From contig CAWFSF010000006.1 in the NCBI GenBank assembly GCA_963818475.1, positions 2,112,001 to 2,176,000 on the forward strand: DNA of 64,000 nucleotides, given 5' to 3'. Made by a program: the position numbers and the translations under genes. The notes beneath the pieces were generated by a model. It saw only the letters and a program-made list of their open reading frames with translations, was not told the DNA's origin and ran no database searches. Positions 10,311 through 19,817 of the stretch are shown one piece after another. How positions within the stretch are numbered: the first letter of the stretch is position 1; the number at the start of each line of letters is the position of its first letter. This DNA is from Nitrospirota bacterium (lineage in GTDB: Bacteria; Nitrospirota; UBA9217).

Positions 10311-10898
10311 TTACGCCCATCCATAGGGCGTAACGCTGGAATACGACCTCCAGGTAAAGAGACCTATCACCGCGGTCAGCACGAGTGTGAGCCAGATCGG
10401 AAAGGGGGCCCATACTTGTACCCCCAGCATGGTGGAGAGAAGCACCACGAACAAACAAACCGTGGCAAGGCGTTTCCGCTGAATACGCAGCGGCCCGATC
10501 CGCTTTGCGAGTTCCGGGGTCGCGGGCGCTCCGCCGGCCTGCGCGAAGAGAGCGTCGATTCGGGGTTGCAACGACACATGAACGTATGTCAGCAGGCTGC
10601 CGATCAGAAGAAGGGGAAAAAATTTGATCGCAAGGACGGGTTCGGTAAAAAGAGCCCCCAGGCTCCGGCCGCGCAGCGCTACGAGGATTGCGCCGGAAAT
10701 GAGGGCCGTAGCCTGGAACACGAAACAGGGGATCGTCCGATTCTTGATGATGTTCTCCATATACACATCAACCCGGTCGCCGAGCGGCGGTCCCAGCCTT
10801 CCGCGCTGGTTCACCGCCACAAGCGCATAGAAAGGCCATATCATCAGCATGGCATTGGTTACGTGGATGAACCGAAGGATACCGGTCAATGTCTCCAT
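10311..10898 (-). CDS. Uncharacterised integral membrane protein (about 4-5 TM)
   Basis: Several hydrophobic helices; GGAGG RBS; in operon. Confidence 0.75.
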   Translation of the reverse strand: METLTGILRFIHVTNAMLMIWPFYALVAVNQRGRLGPPLGDRVDVYMENIIKNRTIPCFVFQATALISGAILVALRGRSLGALFTEPVLAIKFFPLLLIGSLLTYVHVSLQPRIDALFAQAGGAPATPELAKRIGPLRIQRKRLATVCLFVVLLSTMLGVQVWAPFPIWLTLVLTAVIGLFTWRSYSSVTPYGWA

Positions 10899-10918
10899 AA
10901 AACCTCCCTGATCAGCAC

Positions 10919-11200
10919 TTAAAACATGCCCACGACTTTATCGCTTTCAACCATCAAGTCCGTCAGGCTGTCGTAATCGATGGTTTTAGCGCGGCCATCC
11001 AGCTCGTCATCCCTGAGGCCCCTGAGTTTTTTGTCATCATCCAGGACATGAATGGCGCCGGGAAAACCCGCGAGCCTCCCCTTCTGGGCGAACAACACGC
11101 CATTCTGAAGCAAAACAAGGTCAGCTGCGCTGTCCCGGGCAAGAGCCACGCCCCGCATGGCGTCGGCAGTGTCCGGCGCGCTTTTGATAAGAACGATCAT
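10919..11200 (-). CDS. DsrH/TusB-family protein
   Basis: LVLLQNGV and VLDDDKKLRGL...IDYDSLTDL motifs; GAGGTG RBS before ATG 11200. Confidence 0.85.
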   Translation of the reverse strand: MIVLIKSAPDTADAMRGVALARDSAADLVLLQNGVLFAQKGRLAGFPGAIHVLDDDKKLRGLRDDELDGRAKTIDYDSLTDLMVESDKVVGMF

Positions 11201-11212
11201 GAAGGCCACCTC

Positions 11213-11566
11213 TCAAAACAAAATTGTCGATTTGGCGCTTTTAATGATACCGGCAATATCTTCGCCCGAGGCCGTTTGCACGCCCTCGACCAGGTCGTCC
11301 CTGGTTATTCGCTGAGACAGCAGAGACGACGCATCGGCATACACGGTAATCCCCATGTCCAAACAGTCCCGCAGTGTCTCTTCAAGGCCGGTGAGGCCGG
11401 TCCCGGCATCGTCCTGTCCTTTTTTCGCGAGCAGAACTCCGCCGTCAACGAGAAGCATATCCACACTCAATTCATTCACCACCGCTCCCAGCGCATGGCG
11501 CACCGCCTCCGCGGCATTCACCGTGCCGTACGGAACGTGCTGAACTATCATCGCGACATCCGCCAT
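11213..11566 (-). CDS. DsrF/TusC-family protein
   Basis: HVPYGTVNAAEAVR and LVDGGV motifs; lies between DsrE and DsrH. Confidence 0.85.
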   Translation of the reverse strand: MADVAMIVQHVPYGTVNAAEAVRHALGAVVNELSVDMLLVDGGVLLAKKGQDDAGTGLTGLEETLRDCLDMGITVYADASSLLSQRITRDDLVEGVQTASGEDIAGIIKSAKSTILF

Positions 11567-11578
11567 GTTCCCTCCGAG

Positions 11579-11941
11579 TCATATTCCCATATTGATCCAG
11601 ACATCCGTTTCCCGCAAGGTCGCGAACAGGACCTTCAGCGAGCCGAGCTGCGCGCCCGGAATGTAATCTTCTTTCGCCGCACGGCGAAAGTTCATGCAGC
11701 CGCCTCAGAGGTGGACCTGCAGCCCCTTGTCGATGAGGCGGGCAAACTCCTGCTCGGCATGCGGCATCCCCTTGGCCTTTTGCTTGGATAAAAAGCAGTA
11801 GAGTCCGTCCGCCGATGCGATAAGGTTCACCCGATGGCCTTTGTTCAAAGCGGATTCCGCGATCCTGATGCTGGAAGCCGCATTTTCAAAGGAATACGGA
11901 GAGCTGGTCAGATAGATCGTGATTGTTTTGGCCATACTCAT
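11579..11941 (-). CDS. DsrE/TusD-family selenoprotein (UGGC motif, TGA 11705-11707)
   Basis: ORF 11705-11941 continues in frame past TGA: VHL-U-GGCMNFRRAAKEDYIPGAQLGSLKVLFATLRETDVWINMGI*. This gives a full 120-aa DsrE with U at the active-site Cys position. Confidence 0.9.
11671..11690 (-). promoter_or_regulatory. Candidate SECIS of the DsrE selenoprotein
   Basis: CTTTCGCC-GTGC-GGCGAAAG hairpin starting 14 nt after the UGA. Confidence 0.7.
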
Positions 11942-11953
11942 TTTTCTCCAGTG

Positions 11954-12739
11954 TCACTGCGTTAAGATCTGATACCACATCTTAAGCCCGGTAACGGCAA
12001 TGATGATTGCAATGGCGATCCGCAAGTGCTTGGTATTTACTTTTTTGCTTACGCCTCCTCCGAACTGGGCGCCCGGCACGGTACCCACGACAAGCGCCAG
12101 CGCAGCGGGCCAGAGAATTTGGCCGGTGACCATCTTGCCGACAGTCCCCGCAAGCGCTCCCAGAAATACGATCCCGAGCGTGCTGCCGATCACGATCCGC
12201 GTCGGGATATTCAAGATATAGATCATGATCGGGATATAGATAAATGCGCCCGGCGCGCCCACCATGCCTCCGAACACGCCGATGACGAGGCTCACGGCCA
12301 TTGCCAATGGCTTATTATATTTGAGTTCGTCTGGCAACATATCCTTCCCCTGTTCGCGCTTGGGGATGAACATGGCCACCGCGGCGATCACCGCCAGAGT
12401 TGCAAAGATGGCGAGCAAAAAGGAGCTTTTCGTGTGCTGTGAGTAAAAAGAGCCCGCAAGATTTCCGATGGCGTTGCAGACGCCCATATAGAGGAGCAGT
12501 GATTTGCTCACAAATTTGCTCTTATTGTGGACGATGACGCCCGTGAGAGAGGCGGACAGGACCTGCACCATGCTGATGGCAGCCACGTGCTTCATGTCGA
12601 ACTGCCCGACGCCAAGAAGCGGCGGCACATAGAGGAGCAGCGGGATCATAAAGATCGCACCTCCCAGGCCTAATAGTCCGGAAAGAAAGCCGCCACCCAG
12701 ACCGAGCGAAACAAGGGTGATCAAGAGGGGGATCTCCAT
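11954..12739 (-). CDS. TauE/SafE-family transporter (second copy)
   Basis: GFLSGLLGLGGAIFMIP and GMVGAPGAFIYIP motifs; ATG overlaps the upstream TAA (TAATG). Confidence 0.9.
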   Translation of the reverse strand: MEIPLLITLVSLGLGGGFLSGLLGLGGAIFMIPLLLYVPPLLGVGQFDMKHVAAISMVQVLSASLTGVIVHNKSKFVSKSLLLYMGVCNAIGNLAGSFYSQHTKSSFLLAIFATLAVIAAVAMFIPKREQGKDMLPDELKYNKPLAMAVSLVIGVFGGMVGAPGAFIYIPIMIYILNIPTRIVIGSTLGIVFLGALAGTVGKMVTGQILWPAALALVVGTVPGAQFGGGVSKKVNTKHLRIAIAIIIAVTGLKMWYQILTQ

Positions 12740-13029
12740 TATGCCTCCGATCCGCTGTTGCTCAGCATCGCCGCTTGTATATCTTCGTAGGTAACGGCAG
12801 CTGTCCCAATCAAAGTGTATGACGGCGCTACGATCCGGCCATTCACCATCACTGATGGACAAGATGGCGGGTCTTTTTCCTGGCTGTATTCCTTCGAGGT
12901 TTTCTTAACAACGACAATTTCCGCGCCGAGTTCCTTCTCCGCCCGACGGGCGGCTTCCATGATGGATAGTCAGCGTTTGCCCATGGGATCATTCATGTAG
13001 AGAGTGATCGTATGCTTTTTCATATACAT
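12739..13029 (-). CDS. Small thioredoxin-fold selenoprotein, NDPxGxxU motif (TsoC-like; TGA 12970-12972)
   Basis: ATG 13029 or 13023 gives MKKHTITLYMNDPMGKR-U-LSIMEAARRAEKELGAEIVVVKK...CPSVMVNG; coupled to the arsR stop; hairpin CCGCCC-GTC-GGGCGG 16 nt after the UGA. Confidence 0.85.
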
Positions 13030-13370
13030 TAACGTCTCCTTTCGCCTGGGTATGCTCCTTTTTTCGTCACCGGGCAGCAGGCCGGTGCGGGGACATCTTC
13101 TGTATATTCTTTTTTAAGCAGATTGAGCAGATCAGGGATGAGGGGTTCTTTCAGGAAGTAGCATTTAAGCCTGCCGTCGACGAAGAAATCAACGATCCCG
13201 TTCGTCCGTAGCAGCGTCAGGTGCTGGGATACGTTCGGCTGGCTGATCTCAAGGGTCTCCTCGAAATCGCTCACGCACTTCACGCCCTGTGTAAGATCTT
13301 CAAGGATCCTGATCCGTATGGGGTGGGCGATGATCTTCAGGATTTCAAAGCGCTTCTCTATGGGGACCAT
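13029..13370 (-). CDS. ArsR/SmtB-family transcriptional repressor
   Basis: LKIIAHPIRIRIL, KCVSD and SQPNVSQHL HTH motifs; C-terminal ACC. Confidence 0.92.
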   Translation of the reverse strand: MVPIEKRFEILKIIAHPIRIRILEDLTQGVKCVSDFEETLEISQPNVSQHLTLLRTNGIVDFFVDGRLKCYFLKEPLIPDLLNLLKKEYTEDVPAPACCPVTKKGAYPGERRR

Positions 13371-13402
13371 GGGTATTTCTCCTCAGGGCGACCGGTACGC
13401 TT

Positions 13403-13654
13403 TCATGTATCGATCAGGCCTGGACCATCCAATCGTATATGAATGATGCTTGCATTTTCCTGATCCACGGCTTTAAGGACACTGCACCACTTATTTTTCA
13501 GGAAGCATTCTACCATCGCTTTCGATGCGATGCTGTTATCTATTCTTACCAGGAGCGTATCTCCCGGGGACAACTTACTCAACTCTGCCATCAACCTCTT
13601 TTTGTCTGGAATGGAACTGTCAAGCATGATATCCAGAGGCTCAGTCAATTTCAT
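13403..13654 (-). CDS. TusA/SirA-fold small protein lacking the CPxP motif
   Basis: LSKLSPGDTLLVRIDN pattern and 83-aa size match TusA. Confidence 0.6.
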   Translation of the reverse strand: MKLTEPLDIMLDSSIPDKKRLMAELSKLSPGDTLLVRIDNSIASKAMVECFLKNKWCSVLKAVDQENASIIHIRLDGPGLIDT

Positions 13655-13686
13655 AAATAACTATATCCCCCTACTCTGCAATTAAT

Positions 13687-13724
13687 TATATGCAAACATT
13701 ATTATGTTTTAATATAAATGTCAA
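13687..13724 (-). promoter_or_regulatory. Promoter with ArsR-type inverted-repeat operator
   Basis: Minus-strand TTGACA at about 13719-13724; palindrome TATAT..AAACAT-4nt-ATGTTT..ATATA overlaps the -10 region. Confidence 0.65.
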
Positions 13725-13881
13725 GCACATTTTTACCGGCCCCGATTAGCCGCCCCGTGCTGAGCATGCGCACACATCCGCAAGCAACGACGAGAAAAGC
13801 GATATGAAGTTTGACCTGGACCAACTGAGTGTGTACACTAGATGCATCTCAGGTTTATTCAGAGCTGAACAGGAGGACGTG

Positions 13882-15337
13882 ATGCTCCGATCATGTTTTA
13901 TCGGCATTGACCAGGGAAGCAGTTCTACCAAGGCGCTTGCCCTGAGCCTTGACGGCCAGGTCCTGTACCAGACGAAGAAGGTCCTTCCGCCTGCGTATCG
14001 CGACGGCCAGCGCGTTGAGCATGACCCTCTTGCCATCCTCGATTCGGTCCGGAAGGTGCTGGACGAAACGATCCAGTACCTTCGCTCCGCCGGCGTTACG
14101 ATCAGCGGCATCGGGCTTGCCTGCCAGCGTTCGTCCTGCCTGGCCTGGGAAGAGCAGACGGGAAAGCCCCTGTCACCCGTCTTAAGCTGGCGCGATACGC
14201 GCGGAGCAGAGTACGTGCAGGGTCTCGGCACGAACGCACCGCGCATATTCGATCTCACCGGCCTGCCGCTTACACCCTATTACGCAGCCTCCAAATTTCG
14301 CTGGCTTGAAAGACCATATGCAGGAAACCCGCGGTCCCGGTGTTGTCTTCGGCACCCTCAGCAGCTTTCTCTGCCAGCGCCTCACGAATGCGGACAAGGC
14401 ATTCATCGACCATACGAACGCGGCCCGGACGCAGCTCATGAACATCCATTCCTGCGCCTGGGATGATGAACTACTGAAGCTCTTCGGACTTGCGGATATC
14501 CGGCTCCCTGCTATCACGCCGACACTGCAAAGTTTCGGCACTGTCCAGGCTGCAGCGGAAAAGATCCCCCTGCTCGCCTGCATCGGCGACCAGCAGGCGG
14601 CCATGGCAGGCCTTGGCATTCTCGAGAAGAACGACGGAGGCATTAACTACGGAACGGGCGGCTTTCTGATGGTGAACACCGGCAGCAGCCTCGTGCCCGC
14701 CCCGGGACTGATGGCGTCGATCCATTACTCAACGGACCAAAACCGGCACTATCTGGTCGAGGGGAGCGTCAATGCCGTGGGCGACAGCCTTGAATGGCTC
14801 AGGGAACAATTGCAGGTTTTTAAGGATTACGCTGAACTGGACGACCATTGCTGGCAGGCGGCAACTGATGTCGTTGCCTTCATCGGCTTGAACGGGACCG
14901 GGTCGCCGCACTGGGAAAGGGACATTTCGAGCTCGATCCATGGCCTGACCGCAGAAAGCAGGCCGGGCGACATCGTTCGGAGCGCTGTCGAGAGCATCGC
15001 CTTCTTCATGAAAGACATCGCTGCAGCAGTCGGGAAGGCAGGGCTCGAGCCAACATCCTTTTCAGTTTCGGGAGGCCTGGCATCGCTCAGCTACCTTGTT
15101 CAGGTCCAGGCCGACATCCTGGGCAAGGACCTGCAGGTAAGCGCTGAGCAGGAGGTATCGGCATTGGGAGCAGCGTTGCTTGCCGGTCTGTCTCTGGGGG
15201 TTTTGTCTTCAGCGGACATTAAAAGGATCGTGCCGCAGGGTGAGGTCGCTCAGGCACGTCAAAATGCCGGTGCGGAAAAACGGTATCGTCGCTGGAAAGA
15301 GCTCCATCGGATGACGAAGCTGCTCGACGAGATGTAA
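13882..15337 (+). CDS. glpK: FGGY-family carbohydrate kinase (glycerol kinase-like); frameshift near 14305
   Basis: GIDQGSSSTK, DHTNAARTQL, GDQQAA, YGTGGF, VEGSV and EVSALGAALLAG motifs across two frames. Confidence 0.7.
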
Positions 15338-15371
15338 CCGGAATCCGCCATCACTCCTGAACCATGCCTGC

Positions 15372-16245
15372 CTATCCGTGCGAATATGCCAGTTGTTCCT
15401 GCTTTGAAAAGGCCAGGACGCCGATATAGACGAGGCTGACGATCGGTACCAGAATGAGCAGACCCAGCCATTTGTTCCTGCCGAGATTTTCAGTAATGCA
15501 CATCCAGACATAAATAATAACGACGAAGCCCACAACAGGAATAAAGAAGAGCAAGACCCACCAGCAGGGTTTGCCGGCTGCCTGAAGGAGCGTCCAGATA
15601 TTGACGATCGGGACCCATGCTGTCCAGGGAGCCTGCACATTCAGCTTTTTGGCGATCAGGAAGAGGCATAACGAGAAATAAACATAGAGAGCAGCGCCCA
15701 GCGCGAGAAAGATCATAAAAAAAGCCGCCACGAACGCCATGATACCTTCATTCGTCAGTCTGTTGCAGTTCTTCAGGAACGGAAGAGCGCAGCTCATCGC
15801 ATGCAGTGGTGGTGCTGTTGCTGTAAGCTGCGAGACCGTTGCAGCTGTCGCCATGACATCATGGCCACCCCGGGTCGTCGTAGGCTGTGAAATCGGCGAC
15901 GCGAGGCCTGATCGTCGGCGTACCTGCTGACGACGGCACGGTTGCAGTGGCCTTCGTTACTTGTCCCTGGGGAGGTATCGGCGCCAGGGGAGCGGTCTGC
16001 AAGGGACTCTGTTTCACTTCAGGCGTGGCAGGAGAAGCAACCGGAGCAGGAGCAACCGTTGCAAATTTGCTTTCTTCTTCAGAGTTGCTTTCTTCCTCCA
16101 CACCTTTGACCGGCTTCGGGTAGTCGGTAATATGGAACACTCCGTTGTCATCGACCCAGCTGTAAGCGGCGAAGGCAGGAGAAGAACAGAACAAGCTTGA
16201 GGCAGCAATGACGAATACGGCACCGAGAAAGAGCCTTTTAGTCAT
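15372..16245 (-). CDS. DUF4124-like domain fused to DUF5684-like membrane domain; frameshift(s) near 15860
   Basis: YSWVDDNGVFHITD N-terminus, Pro-rich linker, WTAWVPIVN / GKPCWWVLLFFIP C-terminus. Confidence 0.7.
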
Positions 16246-16475
16246 GAATAATTCTCCTTAGAGGACAACGTGCAACAAAGTGTATCATGGGGCTGCGGAA
16301 CCTGTCAATGGAAAGTAACGGCCATAACAGCTTGTCTGATTCGTCGTCTTCTCCTTCTGCGACAGCTGCGCCGATTGACATGCGCCGCCCAGGTGCTGGA
16401 CAGGCCTGGGAAGATGGGTTATACTCTTCGCAGATACGATCTGCAGAATACTCTGCACCCTGGAGAGGAGCACAG

Positions 16476-17075
16476 ATGCAGATCATGGATTTGGCGAAGG
16501 CATCGTTGCTCAGTTTTATACCGATCATGGTGGCGCTCGATGCCCCGGGAACGCTCCCCCTCTACGTTGCCATGACCGAGGGGATCAAGAAGCATGAGCG
16601 AAGGACGATCGTGCGCCAGTCCATTCTCACCGCGCTGTTGATCACGATCGGGTTCGTGTTCCTGGGACAGGCGGTCTTTCATGCGCTCGGCATCCTGGTC
16701 GAGGACTTCATGATCGCCGGCGGGATCGTGCTGCTCATCATCGCCGTAAGCGAGATCGTGCGCGCCGGCGAGCGAAAGATCCTGATCAGCCCCACCATCG
16801 GCGTGGTCCCCTTCGGCACGCCGCTCATCGCAGGACCTGCCACGCTCACGACCACCCTGGTGCTCGTCGGCACCTACGGCTATCTTCCCGTCATCCTGTC
16901 GCTCATCGTCAACATCCTGCTGGCCTGGGCCATCTTCTCCCAGGCGGACCGGATCATCAGGCTCATCGGCATCAGCGGCTCCCGCGCCTTTGCCAAGATC
17001 GCGGCACTGCTGCTTGCAGCCATCGCCGTCAAGATGATCAGGAGCGGCATATTTACGCTTATCGGGATTCAGTGA
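16476..17075 (+). CDS. MarC-family integral membrane protein
   Basis: DFMIAGGIVLL and GVVPFGTPLIAGPA motifs; GAGGAG RBS. Confidence 0.9.
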   Translation: MQIMDLAKASLLSFIPIMVALDAPGTLPLYVAMTEGIKKHERRTIVRQSILTALLITIGFVFLGQAVFHALGILVEDFMIAGGIVLLIIAVSEIVRAGERKILISPTIGVVPFGTPLIAGPATLTTTLVLVGTYGYLPVILSLIVNILLAWAIFSQADRIIRLIGISGSRAFAKIAALLLAAIAVKMIRSGIFTLIGIQ

Positions 17076-17318
17076 ACCTGAAAAGAACTTTTTGGACGCG
17101 GATTTACGCGGATAGACGACAGGCAGTGAAACTCTCGACATCCAATCAGATTTGTCATTCTTCACTTTTGTTCAGGATGACGCCTAATAGATTCTAACCC
17201 GGACAAGCCGGAACCAAAAAGCCTTTTCACCACGAAGGGCACGAAGATCACGAAAAAGTTGAAAAAGGTTGTCAAGTGGGAATGGTCAGCGACAGGTTGC
17301 GGTGAGCTCGATTTTTGC

Positions 17319-17993
17319 TTACATCAGTTCATTAAAGTCCATGACCGCGGGGAACTCAGTGGACGTGCCGGGAGGGAGCTTTGAGTTGCCGAGTGCCTTG
17401 TAGACAACATACTTGATCCCGAAGGCCTTTGCGGTTTTCAGCACAGCAAGCGTATCATCAACGAACAAGGTGTGCTCCCGGTGAAACCCTATTTGCTGTT
17501 CGGCCCGCTGCCAGAAATCAGTCTTCTCTTTCGGGAACCCTATCGCATCTGACGTGATGGATCCGGTCAGGTACTTTCCCAGATCCGTTTTCCTGAGCTT
17601 CAGATCGAGGACCTTGTAGTGCGCGTTCGTGGCAATGAACGTCCTCTTTTCCCGCTGCTTCATCAGCTTGAGAAAGCTCTCCACATGAGGATGCACCTCG
17701 ATAATATGGCGGATCTGTTCCTTGAGCGCCAGGATATCAAGATGCAGTTCCCTTGACCAGAAATCGATATCGGTCCAGTTCAGGGTCTCTTCGTGCGATT
17801 TATACTTTGCCAGAAGCTCTTCTTTTGCCCTGCCGAACGTGATGTTATGTTTGTCCGCGTACTTTTCGGGAACAAGATGCTCCCAGAAGTAATCGTCGAA
17901 ATACTTGTCGAGCAGCGTTCCGTCCATGTCGAGCAGCACGCAATCGATGTCTCCGGTGGAGAGCGCCTGTTTGATCTCGTTGATCGTGGTCAT
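17319..17993 (-). CDS. HAD-superfamily hydrolase (GMP/IMP nucleotidase YrfG-like)
   Basis: LDMDGTLLD...FDDYFW, TNAH and FVDD motifs. Confidence 0.85.
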   Translation of the reverse strand: MTTINEIKQALSTGDIDCVLLDMDGTLLDKYFDDYFWEHLVPEKYADKHNITFGRAKEELLAKYKSHEETLNWTDIDFWSRELHLDILALKEQIRHIIEVHPHVESFLKLMKQREKRTFIATNAHYKVLDLKLRKTDLGKYLTGSITSDAIGFPKEKTDFWQRAEQQIGFHREHTLFVDDTLAVLKTAKAFGIKYVVYKALGNSKLPPGTSTEFPAVMDFNELM

Positions 17994-19099
17994 GGCCGGA
18001 TATACCCCTCGACCATCAAGTCCTGCCCGACCCACTGCGACGTGACCCGGTGCAGCCTGATCGCCTTGCTGAGCCTGGCCGGCGACTTCCCGCCGATGGA
18101 ACACAGGGAATCTGCACCCGTCATCAGCAGGGGGGCTGAGAACACCACGACCTTGTCGACAATGCCCGACCTCAAGGCTGAAGCATTCACCGTTGAACCA
18201 CCCTCGATCAGGACCGAGGTGACGCCGAAGCTGCCGAGCATGCGCATAAGATCATTTCAGGTCCACCTGTCCGTTCTTTTCTTTCACGATCAGTATTTCT
18301 GCGCCTGCATCCAGCAGTTTATCGAGCCTGTCCTTGGGCATGCTGTCGAGCGTGGCAATACAGGTTTTTGCGGCCGAATGTTGCGTCAGGACCTTTGCAA
18401 TCAACGGGACCCTCAGTTTCGAGTCAACGACGACACGCAGCGGGTCGCGGCCATGAGGGACCCTTGTGGTGAGCGACGGGTCGTCCTTCAGAACGGTGTT
18501 GATGCCCACCAGGATCGCATCATGCTGGTCCCGCAGCCGGTGCCCTTCCAGACGGGCCTCTTCTCCGGTGATCCATTTCGATTCGCCGGTATGCCGTCGC
18601 GATCCTGCCGTCCAGGGTCTGAGCGATCTTGAGCGTTACAAAGGGCATGCCCGTGGTCACGTGTTTGATAAATGCCTCATTCAGCTTTTTCGCATCAGCT
18701 TCGAGAACACCCGTCTGCACCTCGATCCCGGCCTTGCGCAGTGCCTTGATGCCGCCGCCGGATACGTGCGGATTCGGGATCGATCATCGCCACCACGACC
18801 CGCTTAACGCCGCTCTGCACGACCAGCGGTGTACAGGGCGGCGTCCGCTTGTTCGTGTGCGAACAGGGCTCAAGCGTCACGTACAGCGTAGCCCCTTTAG
18901 CTGCTTTGCCGGCCTTCGCAAGCGCAATGGCCTCGGCATGGGGCTCGCCGGCCTTCCGGTGATAGCCGCGGCTGACGACCTTCCCGTTCTTGACCACGAC
19001 GGCGCCCACCATGGGGTTCGGGCTCGTCCTGCCCCTGGCCTTTTCGGCAAGGCGAAGCGCCATGCGCATGTATTTTTCGTCTAGAGGTTGTTTGGTCAT
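17990..19099 (-). CDS. ribD: Bifunctional riboflavin biosynthesis deaminase/reductase; several frameshifts
   Basis: [32 protein letters not shown] and VLIEGG motifs spread across four ORFs. Confidence 0.9.
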
Positions 19100-19102
19100 T
19101 TT

Positions 19103-19492
19103 TTATTTCTTCCGGGGAACGGTATGTTTTTTCAACCATGCAATGGCTTCACCAGTCGCCAGTTTCCCAACAGCCATGTCCAAAGCAAACCGTTCGAATG
19201 TTTTCTGCGGTGCTACCAACACCAAACCATTTATCTGAAGGAACAACCCCGTTGACGTAACAGCAGTCCTCTTGTTCCCATCCAGAAAAGGATGATTCCT
19301 CGCCAATGATTCCATCAGAGCGGCAGCTTTCGAAAAAACATCCGGATAGAGTTCATCTCCGCCGAAGGTTGCCTTCGGTCGCGCTGCCGCGGATTGCAGG
19401 AGGCCGACATCCCGAACGCCATGAGCGCCACCGGTCTCATCGACGATCCTCGCATGGATGAAGAGAATCTGTTCTTCGGTCAGGTATTTCAC
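19103..19492 (-). CDS. doc: Doc (death-on-curing) family Fic toxin
   Basis: HPFLDGNKRTA signature. Confidence 0.92.
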   Translation of the reverse strand: MKYLTEEQILFIHARIVDETGGAHGVRDVGLLQSAAARPKATFGGDELYPDVFSKAAALMESLARNHPFLDGNKRTAVTSTGLFLQINGLVLVAPQKTFERFALDMAVGKLATGEAIAWLKKHTVPRKK

Positions 19493-19740
19493 TTTTTCGC
19501 AAGTTCCTTGAGCGCGGGACGATACCGTTCAATGAAATCATTTACCTGGGCTACAAACTCACGGTCCACGCTCTTGGGATATTTCTTCTTACGCACCGGT
19601 TCTATGACGATGCGGTCATGGACCTCATCAAGAGTCACATCAACCTCGGCGCCTACGGCCAGATCAAGTTTGCTGAGGTAGTCGGCAGGAATTGACACTC
19701 CCCTGCTATTCCCGACGGAGAAGACTTTTCTATGCATCAA
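19489..19740 (-). CDS. AbrB/MazE-type antitoxin
   Basis: VGNSRGVSIP AbrB motif; C-terminal YRPALKELAK; overlaps the toxin start. Confidence 0.9.
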   Translation of the reverse strand: MMHRKVFSVGNSRGVSIPADYLSKLDLAVGAEVDVTLDEVHDRIVIEPVRKKKYPKSVDREFVAQVNDFIERYRPALKELAKK

Positions 19741-19754
19741 ACACCTCCTGACGC

Positions 19755-19780
19755 GTTACGTTATAACGCCATTATAACAT
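19755..19780 (-). promoter_or_regulatory. TA operon autoregulatory operator/-10
   Basis: Palindrome CGTTATAACG with adjacent TTATAA, just upstream of the antitoxin RBS. Confidence 0.55.
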
Positions 19781-19817
19781 ACGATAAATCGCTGTAAAGT
19801 ATTTTGCGATGCAGGTT

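Noticed and set aside
9444-10922. Long plus-strand ORFs (492 aa here, 716 aa at 19916-22066, 316 aa at 4299-5249 and others)
   Set aside because: Antisense shadows of well-supported minus-strand genes in GC-rich DNA, with no recognisable motifs.
11213-11215. dsrF terminal TGA (and those at 11579 and 11954) as Sec codons
   Set aside because: The proteins are already full length, each downstream gene has its own SD, and no SECIS-like hairpin follows. Kept only as a low-interest frame observation.
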